A stretch of 64,000 nucleotides of DNA. It comes from Chrysomallon squamiferum. Its lineage: Eukaryota > Animalia > Mollusca. Shown one piece after another: positions 1 to 13,601 of the stretch. The position numbers and the translations under genes are program-made. Position 1 is the first letter of the stretch; each line of letters opens with the position of its first letter. The stretch covers positions 2,542,001-2,606,000 of the forward strand of contig CM022676.1 of NCBI GenBank assembly GCA_012295275.1, in the 5' to 3' direction. The notes under the pieces are model-generated. The model saw only the letters and a program-made list of their open reading frames with translations, was not told the DNA's origin and searched no databases.

Positions 1-1514
1 TTTTGTATTTATTAATATTCTGAAATTTATTTGTTTTTAAATTTTCTCTCGCAATTTTTAATTAATTGAATTTTGATTCTTTTACAATTGTATATGCATT
101 CAGTACCAAAGGTTTTTCTATGTGTAAGTGTGTGTGTGTGTGTGTGTGTGTGTCTGTCTGTCTGTCTGTCTGTATGTATATATATATATATAAACTAAGC
201 AAAGAAAAAATAATATCGATTAGAGTGATGTCCCTTGGGTGAGATGTACTCACTAATTCTTCGATCATTTTAAAGTTTTAAAGTGGTTCTTTATTGTTTG
301 CTTATTAATTTACTCTATCCTGTCTACTTTGCTTATTGTTGTTATAATTAAAAAAAATTGCTTATTGTTGTAAATAAAATAAATAAAATAATGTTTTGTG
401 TCATTTGATAGAATCGTTTTTATAATATCAGTATTTATTATTTCATTTTGTATTTATTAATATTCTGAAATTTATTTGTTTTTAAATTTTCTGGCAATTT
501 TTAATTGATTGAATTTTGTTTCTTTTACAATTTTATAATCATTCAGTACCAGAGGTTTTCATCTTTGCGTGTGTGTGTGGGTTTGTCTGTCTGTCTGTAT
601 ATATATTAACAAAGCAGAGAAAAAATGATATCGATTAGAGTTAGGTCCCTTACGTGAGATGTATTCACTAAGCGAAGTAAAAATTATGTCGATTAGAATT
701 ATCTCCCTTTAGTGATATGTGTTCAGAAACAAATATTAGAGTGAGGTCCAATAGGTGAGATGTACTCACTAAGCCTTCGACCGGTTTAAACTTTCAAAGT
801 CGTTTTTGATTGTTTACTTACTTATTTCCTATATATCCTGTCTACTTTGCTTATTGCTGTTATAATTAAAAAATCAGTAAATAAAATAATTTTTTGTGTC
901 ATTTGATGGAATCGTTTTTATAATATCAGTATTTATTATTTCATTTTGTATTTGTTAGTATTCTGAAATTTATTTGTTTTTAAATTTTCTTGCAATTTTT
1001 AATTAATTGAATTTTGATTCTTTTACAATTGTATATGCATTCAGTACCAGAGGTTTTTCTATGTGTAAGTGTGTGTGTGTGTGTGTGTGTGTGTCTGTCT
1101 GTCTGTCTGTATATATATATATATAAACTAACCAAAGAAAAAATAATATCGATTAGAGTGAGGTCCCTTGGGTGAGATGTACTCACTAATTCTTCGATCA
1201 TTTTAAAGTTTTAAAGTGGTTCTTTATTGTTTCCTTATTTATTTACTCTATCCTGTCTACTTTGCTTATTGTTGTTATAATTAAAAAATCAGTAAATAAA
1301 ATAATGTTTTGTGTCATTTGATAGAATCGTTTTATAATATCAGTATTTATTATTTCATTTTGTATTTATTAATATTCTGAAATTTATTTCTTTTTAAATT
1401 TTCTGGCAATTTTTAATTGATTGAATTTTGATTCTTTTACAATTTTATAATTTTGCATTCAGTATATGCATTCAGTACCACAGGTTTTTATATGTGTAAG
1501 GTTTTTATATGTGT

Positions 1515-1584
<70 letters not shown>

Positions 1585-2896
1585 ATATATATATAAACTA
1601 AGCAAAGAAAAAATAATATCGATTAGAGTGAGGTCCCTTGGGTGAGATGTACTCACTAATTCTTCGATCATTTTAAAGTTTTAAAGTGGTTCTTTATTGT
1701 TTTCTTATTTATTTACTTATATATTTCTCTATCCTGTCTACTTTGCTTATTGTTGTTATAATTAAAAAAAAAAGTAAATAAAATAATTTTTTGTGTCATT
1801 TGATGGAATCGTTTTATAATATCAGTATTTATTATTTCCATTTTGTATTTATTAATATTCTGAAATTTATTTGTTTTTAAATTTTCTCGCAATTTTTAAT
1901 TAATTGAATTTTGATTCTTTTACAATTGTATATGCATTCAGTACCAAAGGTTTTTCTATGTGTAAGTGTGTGTGTGTGTGTGTGTGTCTGTCTGTCTGTC
2001 TGTCTGTATATATATATAAACTAAGCAAAGAAAAAATAATATCGATTAGAGTGATGTCCCTTGGGTGAGATGTACTCACTAATTCTTCGATCATTTTAAA
2101 GTTTTAAAGTGGTTCTTTATTGTTTGCTTATTTTTTTATTATTTATTTACTATCCTGTCTACTTTGCTTATTGTTGTTATAATTAAAAAATCAGTAAATA
2201 AAATAATTTTTTGTGTCATTTGATAGAATCGTTTTTATAATATCAGTATTTATTATTTCATTTTGTATTTATTAATATTCTGAAATTTATTTGTTTTTAA
2301 ATTTTCTGGCAATTTTTAATTGATTGAATTTTGTTTCTTTTACAATTTTATAATCATTCAGTACCAGAGGTTTTTCATCTTTGTGTGTGTGTGTGTGTGT
2401 GTGTGTCTGTCTGTCTGTCTGTATATATATATATAAACAAAGCAAAGAAAAAATGATATCGATTAGAGTTAGGTCCCTTACGTGAGATGTATTCACTAAG
2501 CGAAGTAAAAATTATGTCGATTAGACTTATCTCCCTTTAGTGATATGTGTTCAGAAACATATATTAGAGTGAGGTCCAATAGGTGAGATGTACTCACTAA
2601 GCCTTCGACCGGTTTAAACTTTCAAAGTCGTTTTTGATTTGTTTACTTACTTATTTCCTATATATCCTGTCTACTTTGCTTATTGTTGTTATAATTAAAA
2701 AATCAGTAAATAAAATAATTTTTTGTGTCATTTGATGGAATCGTTTTTATAATATCAGTATTTATTATTTCATTTTGTATTTATTAATATTCTGAAATTT
2801 ATTTGTTTTTAAATTTTCTTGGCAATTTTTAATTAATTGAATTTTGATTCTTTTACAATTGTATATGCATTCAGTACCAGAGGTTTTTCTATGTGT

Positions 2897-2956
<60 letters not shown>

Positions 2957-3317
2957 ATATATATATATAAACTAAGCAAAGAAAAAATAATATCGATTAG
3001 AGTGAGGTCCCTTGGGTGAGATGTACTCACTAATTCTTCGATCATTTTAAAGTTTTAAAGTGGTTCTTTATTGTTTGCTTATTTATTTACTCTATCCTGT
3101 CTACTTTGCTTATTGTTGTTATAATTAAAAAATCAGTAAATAAAATAATTTTTTGTGTCATTTGATAGAATCGTTTTTATAATATCAGTATTTATTATTT
3201 CATTTTGTATTTATTAATATTCTGAAATTTATTTGTTTTTAAATTTTCTGGCAATTTTTAATTAATTGAATTTTGTTTCTTTTACAATTTTATAATCATT
3301 CAGTACCAGAGGTTTTT

Positions 3318-3358
<41 letters not shown>

Positions 3359-5320
3359 TGTCTGTGTGTGTGTGTCTGTATATATATATAAACAAAGCAA
3401 AGAAAAAATGATATCGATTAGAGTTAGGTCCCTTACGTGAGATGTATTCACTAAGCGAAGTAAAAATTATGTCGATTAGACTTATCTCCCTTTAGTGATA
3501 TGTGTTCAGAAACATATATTAGACTGATCCCAATAGGTGAGATGTACTCACTAAGCCTTCGATCGTTTTAAACTTTCAAAGTCGTTCTTTATTTGTTTAC
3601 TTACTTATTTCTTATATATCCTGTCTACTTTGCTTATTGTTGTTATAATTAAAAAATCAGTAAATAAAATAATTTTTTGTCATTTGATGGAATCGTTTTT
3701 ATAATATCAGTATTTATTATTTCATTTTGTATTTATTAATATTCTGAAATTTATTTGTTTTTAAATTTTCTGGCAATTTTTAATTAATTGAATTTTGATT
3801 CTTTTACAATTGTATATGCATTCAGTACCAGAGGTTTTTCTATGTGTAAGTGTGTGTGTGTGTGTGTGTGTGTCTGTCTGTCTGTCTGTATATATATATA
3901 TATATAAACTAAGCAAAGAAAAAATAATATCGATTAGAGTGAGGTCCCTTGGGTGAGATGTACTCACTAATTCTTCGATCATTTTAAAGTTTTAAAGTGG
4001 TTCTTTATTGTTTGCTTATTTATTTACTCTATCCTGTCTACTTTGCTTATTGTTGTTATAATTAAAAAATCAGTAAATAAAATAATTTTTTGTTTCATTT
4101 GATAGAATCGTTTTTATAATATCAGTATTTATTATTTCATTTTGTATTCATTAATATTCTGAAATTTATTTGTTTTTAAATTTTCTAGCAATTTTTAATT
4201 AATTGAATTTTGTTTCTTTTATAATTTTATAATCATTCAGTACCAGAGATCTTTCTCTGTGTAAGTGTGTGAGTGTGTGTCTCTTTGTCTGTATATATAT
4301 ATATATATATATAAAAAGGAAAGAAAAAATGATATCGATTAGAGTTAGGTCCCTTACGTGACATGTATTCACTAAGCGAAGTAAAAATTATGTGGATTAG
4401 ACTTATCTCCCTTTAGTGATATGTGTTCAGAAACATATATTAGAGTGAGGTCCAATAGGTGAGATGTACTCACTAAGCCTTCGACCGTTTTAAACTTTCA
4501 AAGTCGTTCTTTATTTGTTTACTTAGTTATTTCTTATATATCCTGTCTACTTTCCTTATTGTTGTTATAATTAAAAAATCAGTAAATAAAATAATGTTTT
4601 GTGTCATTTGATGGAATCGTTTTTATAATATCATTATTTATCATTTCATTTTGTATTTATTAATATTCTGAAATTTATTTGTTTTTAAATTTTCTGGCAA
4701 TTTTTAATTAATTGAATTTTGATTCTTTTACAATTGTATATGCATTCAGTACCAGAGGTTTTTCTATGTGTAAGTGTGTGTGTGTGTATGTGTGTCTGTC
4801 TGTCTGTCTGTCTGTATATATATATATATATATAAAGCAAAGAAAAAAAAAAAAATATCGATTAGAGTTAGGTCTCTTACGTGAGATGTATTCACTAAGC
4901 GAAGTAAAAATTATGTCGATTAGACTTATCTCCCTTTAGAGATATGTGTTGACAAACATATATTAGAGTGAGGTCCAATAGATAGGAGGTACTCACTAAG
5001 CATTCGATCGTTTTAAACTTTCAATGTCCTTCTTTACTTCTTTACTATGTTATTTCTTACATATCCTGTCTACTTTGCTTATTGTTGTTATAATTAAAAA
5101 ATCAGTAAATAAAATACTTTTTGTGTCATTTGATGGAATCGTTTTTATAATATCAGTATTTATCATTTCATTTTGTATTTATTAATATTCTGAAATTTAT
5201 TTGTTTTTCAATTTTCTGGCAATTTTTAATTAATTGAATTTTGTTTCTTTTACAATTTTATAATCATTCAGTAACAGAGATCTTTCTCTGTGTAAGTATG
5301 TGTGTGTGTGTGTCTCTTTG

Positions 5321-5367
<47 letters not shown>

Positions 5368-5814
5368 ATGAAAAAATGATATCGATTAGAGTTAGGTCCC
5401 TTACGTGACATGTATTCACTAAGCGAAGTAAAAATTATGTGGATTAGACTTATCTCCCTTTAGTGATATGTGTTCAGAAACATATATTAGAGTGAGGTCC
5501 AATAGGTGAGATGTACTCTCTAAGCCTTCGACCGTTTTAAACTTTCAAAGTCGTTCTTTATTTGTTTACTTAGTTATTTCTTATATATCCTGTCTACTTT
5601 GCTTATTGTTGTTATAATTAAAAAATCAGTAAATAAAATAATGTTTTCTGTCATTTGATGGAATAGTTTTTATAATATCAGTATATATTATTTCATTTTG
5701 TATTCATTAATATTCTGAAATTTATTTGTTTTTAAATTTTCTGGGAATTTTTAATTAATTGAATTTTGATTATTTTACAATTGTATATCCATTCAGTACC
5801 AGAGGTTCTTCTAT

Positions 5815-5884
<70 letters not shown>

Positions 5885-7692
5885 ATATATATATAAACTA
5901 AGCAAAGAAGAAATAATATCGATTAGAGTGAGGTCCCTTGGGTGAGATGTACTCACTAATTCTTCGATTATCTTAAAGTTTTAAAGTGGTTCTTTATTGT
6001 TTGCTTATTTATTTACTCTATCCTGACTACTTTGGTTATTATTGTTATAATTAAAAAATCAGTAAATAAAACAATTTTTTCTATCATTTGATAGAATCGT
6101 TTTTATAATATCAGTATTTATTATTTCATTTTGTATTTATTAATATTCTCAAATTTATTTGTTTTTAAATTTTCTAGCAATTTTTAATTAATTGAATTTT
6201 GTTTCTTTTACAATTTTATAATCATTCAGTACCAGAGGTTTTTCTATGTGTAAGTGTCTGTGTGTGTGTGTGTGTCTGTCTCTCTGTCTGTATATATATA
6301 TATAAACTAAGCAAAGAAAAAATAATATCGATTAGAGTGAGGTCCCTTGGGTGAGATGTACTCACTAATTCTTCGGTCATTTTAAAGTTTTAAACTGGTT
6401 CTTTATTGTTTGCTTATTTATTTACTCTATCCTGTCTACTTTGCTTATTGTTGTTATAATTAAAAAATCAGTAAATAAAATAATTGTTTGTGTCATTTGA
6501 TAGAATCGTTTTTATAATATCAGTATTTATTATTTCATTCTGTATTTATTAATATTCTGAAATTTATTTGTTTTTAAATTTTCTGGCAATTTTTAATTAA
6601 TTGAATTTTGTTTCTTTTACAATTTTATAATCATTCAGTACCAGAGATCTTTCTCTGTGTAAGTGTGTGTGTGTGTGTCTCTTGTGTATATATATATATA
6701 TATATATATAAAAAGGAAAGAAAAAATGATATCGATTAGAGTTAGGTCCCTTACGTGACATGTATTCACTAAGCGAAGTAAAAATTATGTGGATTAGATT
6801 TATCTCCCTTTAGTGATATGTGTTCAGAAACATATATTAGAGTGAGGTCCAATAGGTAAGATGTACTCACTAAGCCTTCGACCGTTTTAAACTTTCAAAG
6901 TCGTTCTTTATTTCTTTACTTACTTATTTCTAATATATCCTGTCAACTTTGCTTATTGCTGTTATAATTAAAAGAATCAGTAAATAAAATAATGTTTTGT
7001 GTCATTTGATGGAATCGTTTTTATAATATCAGTATTTATTATTTCATTTTGTATTTATTAATATTCTGAAATTTATTTGTTTTTAAATTTTCTGGCAATT
7101 TTTAATTAATTGAATTTTGATTTTTTTACAATTGTATATGCATTCAGTACCAGAGGTTTTTCTATGTGTAAGTGTGTGTGTGTGTGTGTGTGTGTCTGTC
7201 TGTCTGTGTGTGTGTGTCTGTATATATATAAAAAAACAAAAGAAAAAATGATATCGATTAGAGTTAGGTCCCTTACGTGAGATGTATTCACTAAGCGAAG
7301 TAAAAATTATGTCGATTAGACTTATCTCCCTTTAGTGATATGTGTTCACAAACATATATTAGAGTGAGGTCCAATAGGTGAGATGTACTCACTAAGCCTT
7401 CGATCGTTTTAAACTTTCAAAGTCGTTCTTTATTTGTTTACTTAAGTTATTTCTTATATATCCTGTCTACTTTGCTTATTGTTGTTATAATTAAAAAATC
7501 AGTAAATAAAATAATTTTTTGTGTCATTTGATACAATCGTTTTTATAATATCAGTATTTATTATTTCATTTTGTATTTATTAATATTCTGAAATTTATTT
7601 GTTTTTAAATTTTCTGGCAATTTTTAATTAATTGAATTTTGTTTCTTTTACAATTTTATAATCATTCAGTACCAAGAGATCTTTCTCTGTGT

Positions 7693-7770
<78 letters not shown>

Positions 7771-8227
7771 AAAAAGAAAAAAAAATGATATCGATTAGAG
7801 TTAGGTCCCTTACGTGACATGTATTCACTAAGCGAAGTAAAAATTATGTGGATTAGACTTATCTCCCTTTAGAGATATGTGTTCACAAACATATATTAGA
7901 GTGAGGTCCAATAGGTGAGATGTACTCACTAAGCCTTCGATCGTTTTAAACTTTCAAAGTCGTTCTTTACTTGTTTACTAAGTTATTTCTTATATATCCT
8001 GTCTACTTTGCTTATTGTTGTTATAATTAAAAAATCAGTAAATAAAATAATTTTTTGTGTCATTTGATGGAATCGTTTTTATAATATCAGTATTTATTAT
8101 TTCATTTTGTATTTATTAATATTCTGAAATTTATTTGTTTTTAAATTTTCTGGCAATTTTTAATTAATTGAATTTTGTTTCTTTTACAATTTTATAATCA
8201 TTCAGTACCAGAGATCTTTCTCTGTGT

Positions 8228-8270
<43 letters not shown>

Positions 8271-8769
8271 TATCTGTTTGTATATATATAAAAAAGCAAA
8301 GAAAAAATGATATCGATTAGAGTTAGGTCCCTTACGTGACATGTATTCACTAAGCGAAGTAAAAATTATGTCGATTAGACTTATCTCCCTTTAGTGATAT
8401 GTGTTCAGAAACATATATTAGAGTGAGGTCCAATAGGTGAGATGTACTCACTAAGCCTTCGATCGTTTTAAACTTTCAAAGTCGTTCTTTATTTGTTTAC
8501 TTACTTATTTCTTATATATCCTGTCTACTTTGCTTATTGTTGTTATAATTAAAAAATCAGTAAATAAAATAATTTTTGTGTCATTTGATGGAATCGTTTT
8601 TATAATATCAGTATTTATCATTTCATTTTGTATTTATTAATATTCTGAAATTTATTTGTTTTTAAATTTTCTGGCAATTTTTAATTAATTGAATTTTGTT
8701 TCTTTTACAATTTTATAATCATTCAGTAACAGAGATTTTTCTCTGTGTAAGTGTGTGTGTGTGTGTGTG

Positions 8770-8807
<38 letters not shown>

Positions 8808-10185
8808 CAAAGAAAAAAATGATATCGATTAGAGTTAGGTCCCTTACGTGACATGTATTCACTAAGCGAAGTAAAAATTATGTGGATTAGACTTATCTCC
8901 CTTTAGTGATATGTGTTCAGAAACATATATTAGAGTGAGGTCCAATAGGTGAGATGTACTCACTAAGCCTTCGACCGTTTTAAACTTTCAAAGTCGTTCT
9001 TTATTTGTTTACTTAGTTATTTCTTATATATCCTGTCAACTTTGCTTATTGCTGTTATAATTAAAAAATCAGTAAATAAAATAATGTTTTGTGTCATTTG
9101 ATGGAATCGTTTTTATAATATCAGTATTTATCATTTCATTTTGTATTCATTAATATTCTGAAATTTAATTGTTTTTAAATGTTCTGGCAATTTTTAATTA
9201 ATTGAATTTTGATTGTTTTACAATTGTATGTGCATTCAGTACCAGAGGTTTTTCTATGTGTAAGTGTGTGTGTGTGTGTGTGTGTGTGTGTCTGTCTGTC
9301 TGTCTGTCTGTATATATATATAAACTATGCAAAGAAAAAATAATATCGATTAGAGTGAGGTCCCTTGGGTGAGATGTACTCACTAATTCTTCGATCATTT
9401 TAAAGTTTTAAAGTGGTTCTTTATTGTTTGCTTATTTATTTACTCTATCCTGACTACTTTGCTTATTGTTGTTATAATTAAAAAATCAGTAAATAAAATA
9501 ATTTTTTGTGTCGTTTGATAGAATCGTTTTTATAATATCAGTATTTATTATTTCATTCTGTATTTATTAATATTCTGAAATTTATTTGTTTTTAAATTTT
9601 CTGGCAATTTTTAATTAATTGAATTTTGTTTATTTTACAATTTTATAATCATTCAGTACCAGAGATCTTTCTCCGTGTAAGTGTGTGTGTGTGTGTGTGT
9701 GTGTCTATCTGTCTGTATATATATATAAAAAAGCTAAGAAAAAATGGTATCGATTAGAGTTAGGTCCCTTACGTGAGATGTATTCACTAAGCGAAGTAAA
9801 AATTATGTCGATTAGACTGATCTCCCTTTAGTGATATGTGTTCAGAAACATATATTAGAGTGAGGTCCAAAAGGTGAGATGTACTCACTAAGCCTTCGAT
9901 CGTTTTAAACTTTCAACTCGTTCTTTATTTCTTTACTTACTTATTTCTTATATATCCTGTCTACTTTGCTTATTGTTGTTATCATTAAAAAATCAGTAAA
10001 TAAAATAATGTTTTGTGTCATTTGATGGAATCGTTATTATAATATCAGTATTTATTATTTCATTTTGTATTCATTAATATTCTGAAATTTATTTGTTTTT
10101 AAATTTTCTGGCAATTTTTAATTAATTGAATTTTGATTATTTTACGATTGGCTATCCATTCAGTACCAGAGGTTCTTCTATGTGT

Positions 10186-10251
<66 letters not shown>

Positions 10252-11178
10252 GTCTGTCTGTCTGTCTGTATATATATATAAACTAAGCAAAGAAAAAATA
10301 ATATCGATAAGAGTGAGGTCCCTTGGGTGAGATGTACTCACTAATTCTTCGATCATTTTAAAGTTTTAAAGTGGTTCTTTATTGTTTGCTTATTTATTTA
10401 CTCTATCCTGTCTACTTTGATTATTGTTGTTATAATTTAAAAATCAGTAAATAAAATAAATTTTTGTGTTATTTGATAGAATCGTTTTTATAATATCAGT
10501 ATTTATTATTTCTTTTTCTATATATTAATATTCTGAAATTTATTTGTTTTTAAATTTTATGGCAATTTTTAATTAATTGAATTTTGTTTCTTTTACAATT
10601 TTATAATCATTCAGTACCAGAGGTTTTTCTCTGTGTAAGCCTGTGTGTGTGTGTGTGTATTTGTATTTGAGTGTGTGTGTGTGTGTGTGTTTGTGTGTGT
10701 GTCTGTCTGTATATATATAAACAAAGCAAAGAAAAAATCATATCGATTAGAGTTAGGTCCCTTACGTGAAATGTATTCACTAAGCGAAGTAAAAATTCTG
10801 TCGATTAGACTTATCTCCCTTTAGTGATGTGTTCACAAACATATATTGACTGAGGTCCAGTAGGTGAGATGTACTCACTAAGCCTTCGATCGTTTTAAAC
10901 TTTCAAAGTTGTTCTTTATTTGTTTACTTACTTATTTCTTATATATCCTGTCTACTTTGCTTATTATTGTTATAATTAAAAAACCAGTAAATAAAATAAT
11001 GTTAAGTGTCAGTTGATGGAATCGTTTTTATAATATCAGTATTTATTATTTCATTTTGTATTTATTAATATTCTGAAATTTATTTGTTTTTAAATTTTCT
11101 GGCAATTTTTAATCAATTGAATTTTGATTATTTTACAATTGTATATGCATTCAGTACTAGAGGTTTTTCTATGTGTAA

Positions 11179-11237
<59 letters not shown>

Positions 11238-11241
11238 TGTC
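1..11241. repeat. Tandem satellite array 1: about 24 units of two types (A ~415-470 bp, B ~500-540 bp), each with a variable (GT)n(CTGT)n(AT)n core
   Basis: Anchor cattcagta(c/a)ca recurs at ~97, 540, 1038, 1468, 1935, 2355, 2868, 3297 ... 10608, 11148. Type B carries a ~90 bp extra block (gcgaagtaaaaattatgtcgattagacttatctccctttag...). The array runs off the left edge of the window. Confidence 0.97.
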
Positions 11242-11629
11242 TGTTTAATGTTTTATTCTCCGTGCATGTTACGATAATAAAATTGTTGCATTAAACAACT
11301 GAAGAAAGTGAAATTATTGTTAACAATGTAGGCGGTTAATGAAATATTTACAGATTAATAATAATAATAATAATAATAAAATAAATAAATCAATAAAAAG
11401 TCGACCAATTTAGCAAATTTACGGTCGAAAGGAAATAACTCTATTTAAAAATGACGCAAATTACTTAAAAAGACTCAGTCTCAGTTAAAGAAATGTTGTG
11501 TACAATATATTTGTTAAAAAGACATTTTAAAATATTGTTGGAATAATAGGCTTCGTTTTAGTTTTATCATTATAAATTAAATATTAACAGAGAAGGACTG
11601 ATTTTCAATACAATAAATTAGTAATTTAA

Positions 11630-12141
11630 CGGTCTAAGAGGAGTAACTCTATTTTGGTATTGCGATCTAGTCAGAAATGGCCATTTTACACAATATTACT
11701 AAAAATATTTAAAAAGTAAAATTATATGAAAACTTTATGTTTAAAGTAAGTTTATCGAAACGAAGGAATTTACATTTATTATTTTTATTAGTAATTTATA
11801 TTTATTGTTTACGTTCATACCATTATTTTATTTGTATTAGTTTATGACCTATATTTGAAAATATAATTTGTTTATACCTAGGTTTTGTATGAAATAGAAA
11901 ATAAATTAATGTTATGGTCTAAGAGGAACAACTCTAAAATGATTTTTCAGATTACTTGTTTTCGTTAACTATGTTACAAAATTTAATACAATATAGTTAC
12001 GTTTTAAAAAATATTGAAAACAAGAACTCAATAATTACATTTGTTCCAGTATTAAGGAATAAGAGAAAATTAAAATTAATTCGAAATAAAAGCAAAGTGA
12101 CTGTTCCGAAGTTATATTTTAGAGTTATTCCCCTTAGACCG
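11630..12141. mobile_element. MITE-like element with ~21 bp terminal inverted repeats flanked by TTAA
   Basis: ttaa|cggtctaagaggagtaactct at 11626-11650 and agagttattccccttagaccg|ttaa at 12121-12145 are inverted repeats. It lies within 11324-12145, which is absent from the duplicate (tgttaatttcc at ~50571). Confidence 0.7.
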
Positions 12142-12270
12142 TTAATTTCCTTTTTCTTGAAACTGGTCCTAAATGTATATATTTTGCTTTTCTTTTCCTT
12201 TTATTTATTTATTAATTTTTATCAGTGCAAGTAATATATTTTTTTAAGTCTGCTCATTAATCTCCCCTCC

Positions 12271-12273
<3 letters not shown>

Positions 12274-12303
<30 letters not shown>

Positions 12304-12354
12304 GAAGAAGAAGAATTAATAATAATAATAATAATAATAATAGTAATAATACTA

Positions 12355-12389
<35 letters not shown>

Positions 12390-12410
12390 AGTAATAATAA
12401 TAACAATACT
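12274..12410. repeat. (AAT)n-rich microsatellite
   Basis: Direct inspection. Confidence 0.9.
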
Positions 12411-13151
12411 AAATTAATATGAAGTTACTTTAAGCATTAACCTTTTACAACTTTTGGCTTTTATGACAAAAGAATTATAACTTGCACTTTTTCTTTTCAT
12501 TTACTTCGTTTAGAAATGTTATTCAGTATTTGTTTAACTTTTTTTTAATTTAATTTAATTTAGTTTTATTTCTTATTCAAGCTTTCCATTGATATATTAA
12601 AAATTAAATTATGATCACAAATGGAATAAATATCAAATTAAAATGAATTTGTTCACTACATAACTTTTCTTCCTTTCTTAATAAATGAAAAATAAATAGT
12701 TTGTTGTTGGAATCTTTTTTGTTTGTTTTTTTGTTTATGTATTTATTATTATTAGTAGTAATACTAGTAGTTGGAGTAGCAGTAGAAATAGTTTCCCTTT
12801 CTGTTTCCTAGACGTTATTTTGTGACATATTTAGAGTCAAGGTTATGTGAATGGCTAAGACTTGGGTCGGAAATATTTTGTAGATAAAACGCGTCAAATG
12901 TTAAAAATGTGTTTTAGAATAAAAAAACTAAATAAAAAATAAAATAAAACAACAACAACAACAACTACAACAATATCAGTAAGAACAACAACAATAATAA
13001 ATAAATAAATAAATAAATAAATAAAACAAATTAATTCACTAAATCCAGGACATTGCTTATCAAGGTTAGGAACAGATTTGAATGCAAATATTTCATAAAA
13101 CATAATAAAGAATACGATGGATATTAATTAATTATTAATTGAATCAAATTT

Positions 13152-13188
<37 letters not shown>

Positions 13189-13519
13189 GAGGGTTTGCTA
13201 GGATTAGGGCTTGATGTCAGTCTCAGTTTAAATTTTTAATACATAACCTGATGAAGCATTATGTACAATACTTAAAATGATTCATTTGTAACTTACACAC
13301 AAGAGTAAATGCATTTAAATTGAATCCATTTCCTCACATACAGTCCATTTTAACTCCAACATAAAATGTATGTCTGATGACTACACTAGAATTTGACAAC
13401 ACACTTATCAACTTGACTTTGATTTTTAAAATACCAATTATGATTACTGCATCAACAATTATTATTTATCTAAATGAGGCATGCATATATATATATATAT
13501 ATATTTTCTTCAGTTTCTT

Positions 13520-13524
<5 letters not shown>

Positions 13525-13598
<74 letters not shown>
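13525..13598. repeat. (CT)n microsatellite
   Basis: Direct inspection; the homologous tract is at 51756-51837. Confidence 0.95.

Positions 13599-13601
<3 letters not shown>

Noticed and set aside
62-10356. Repeated ORFs MIEELVSTSHPRDLTLIDIIFSLLSLYIY...THTHTH
   Set aside because: Translations of satellite-1 units through (AT)/(CTGT)/(GT) microsatellites; the frame varies with repeat length and there is no splice or domain signal.
1-11241. CRISPR-like or cassette-like repeat/variable-spacer appearance
   Set aside because: The variable parts are only microsatellite length changes, units are 400-540 bp, the context is eukaryotic and there are no cas genes.
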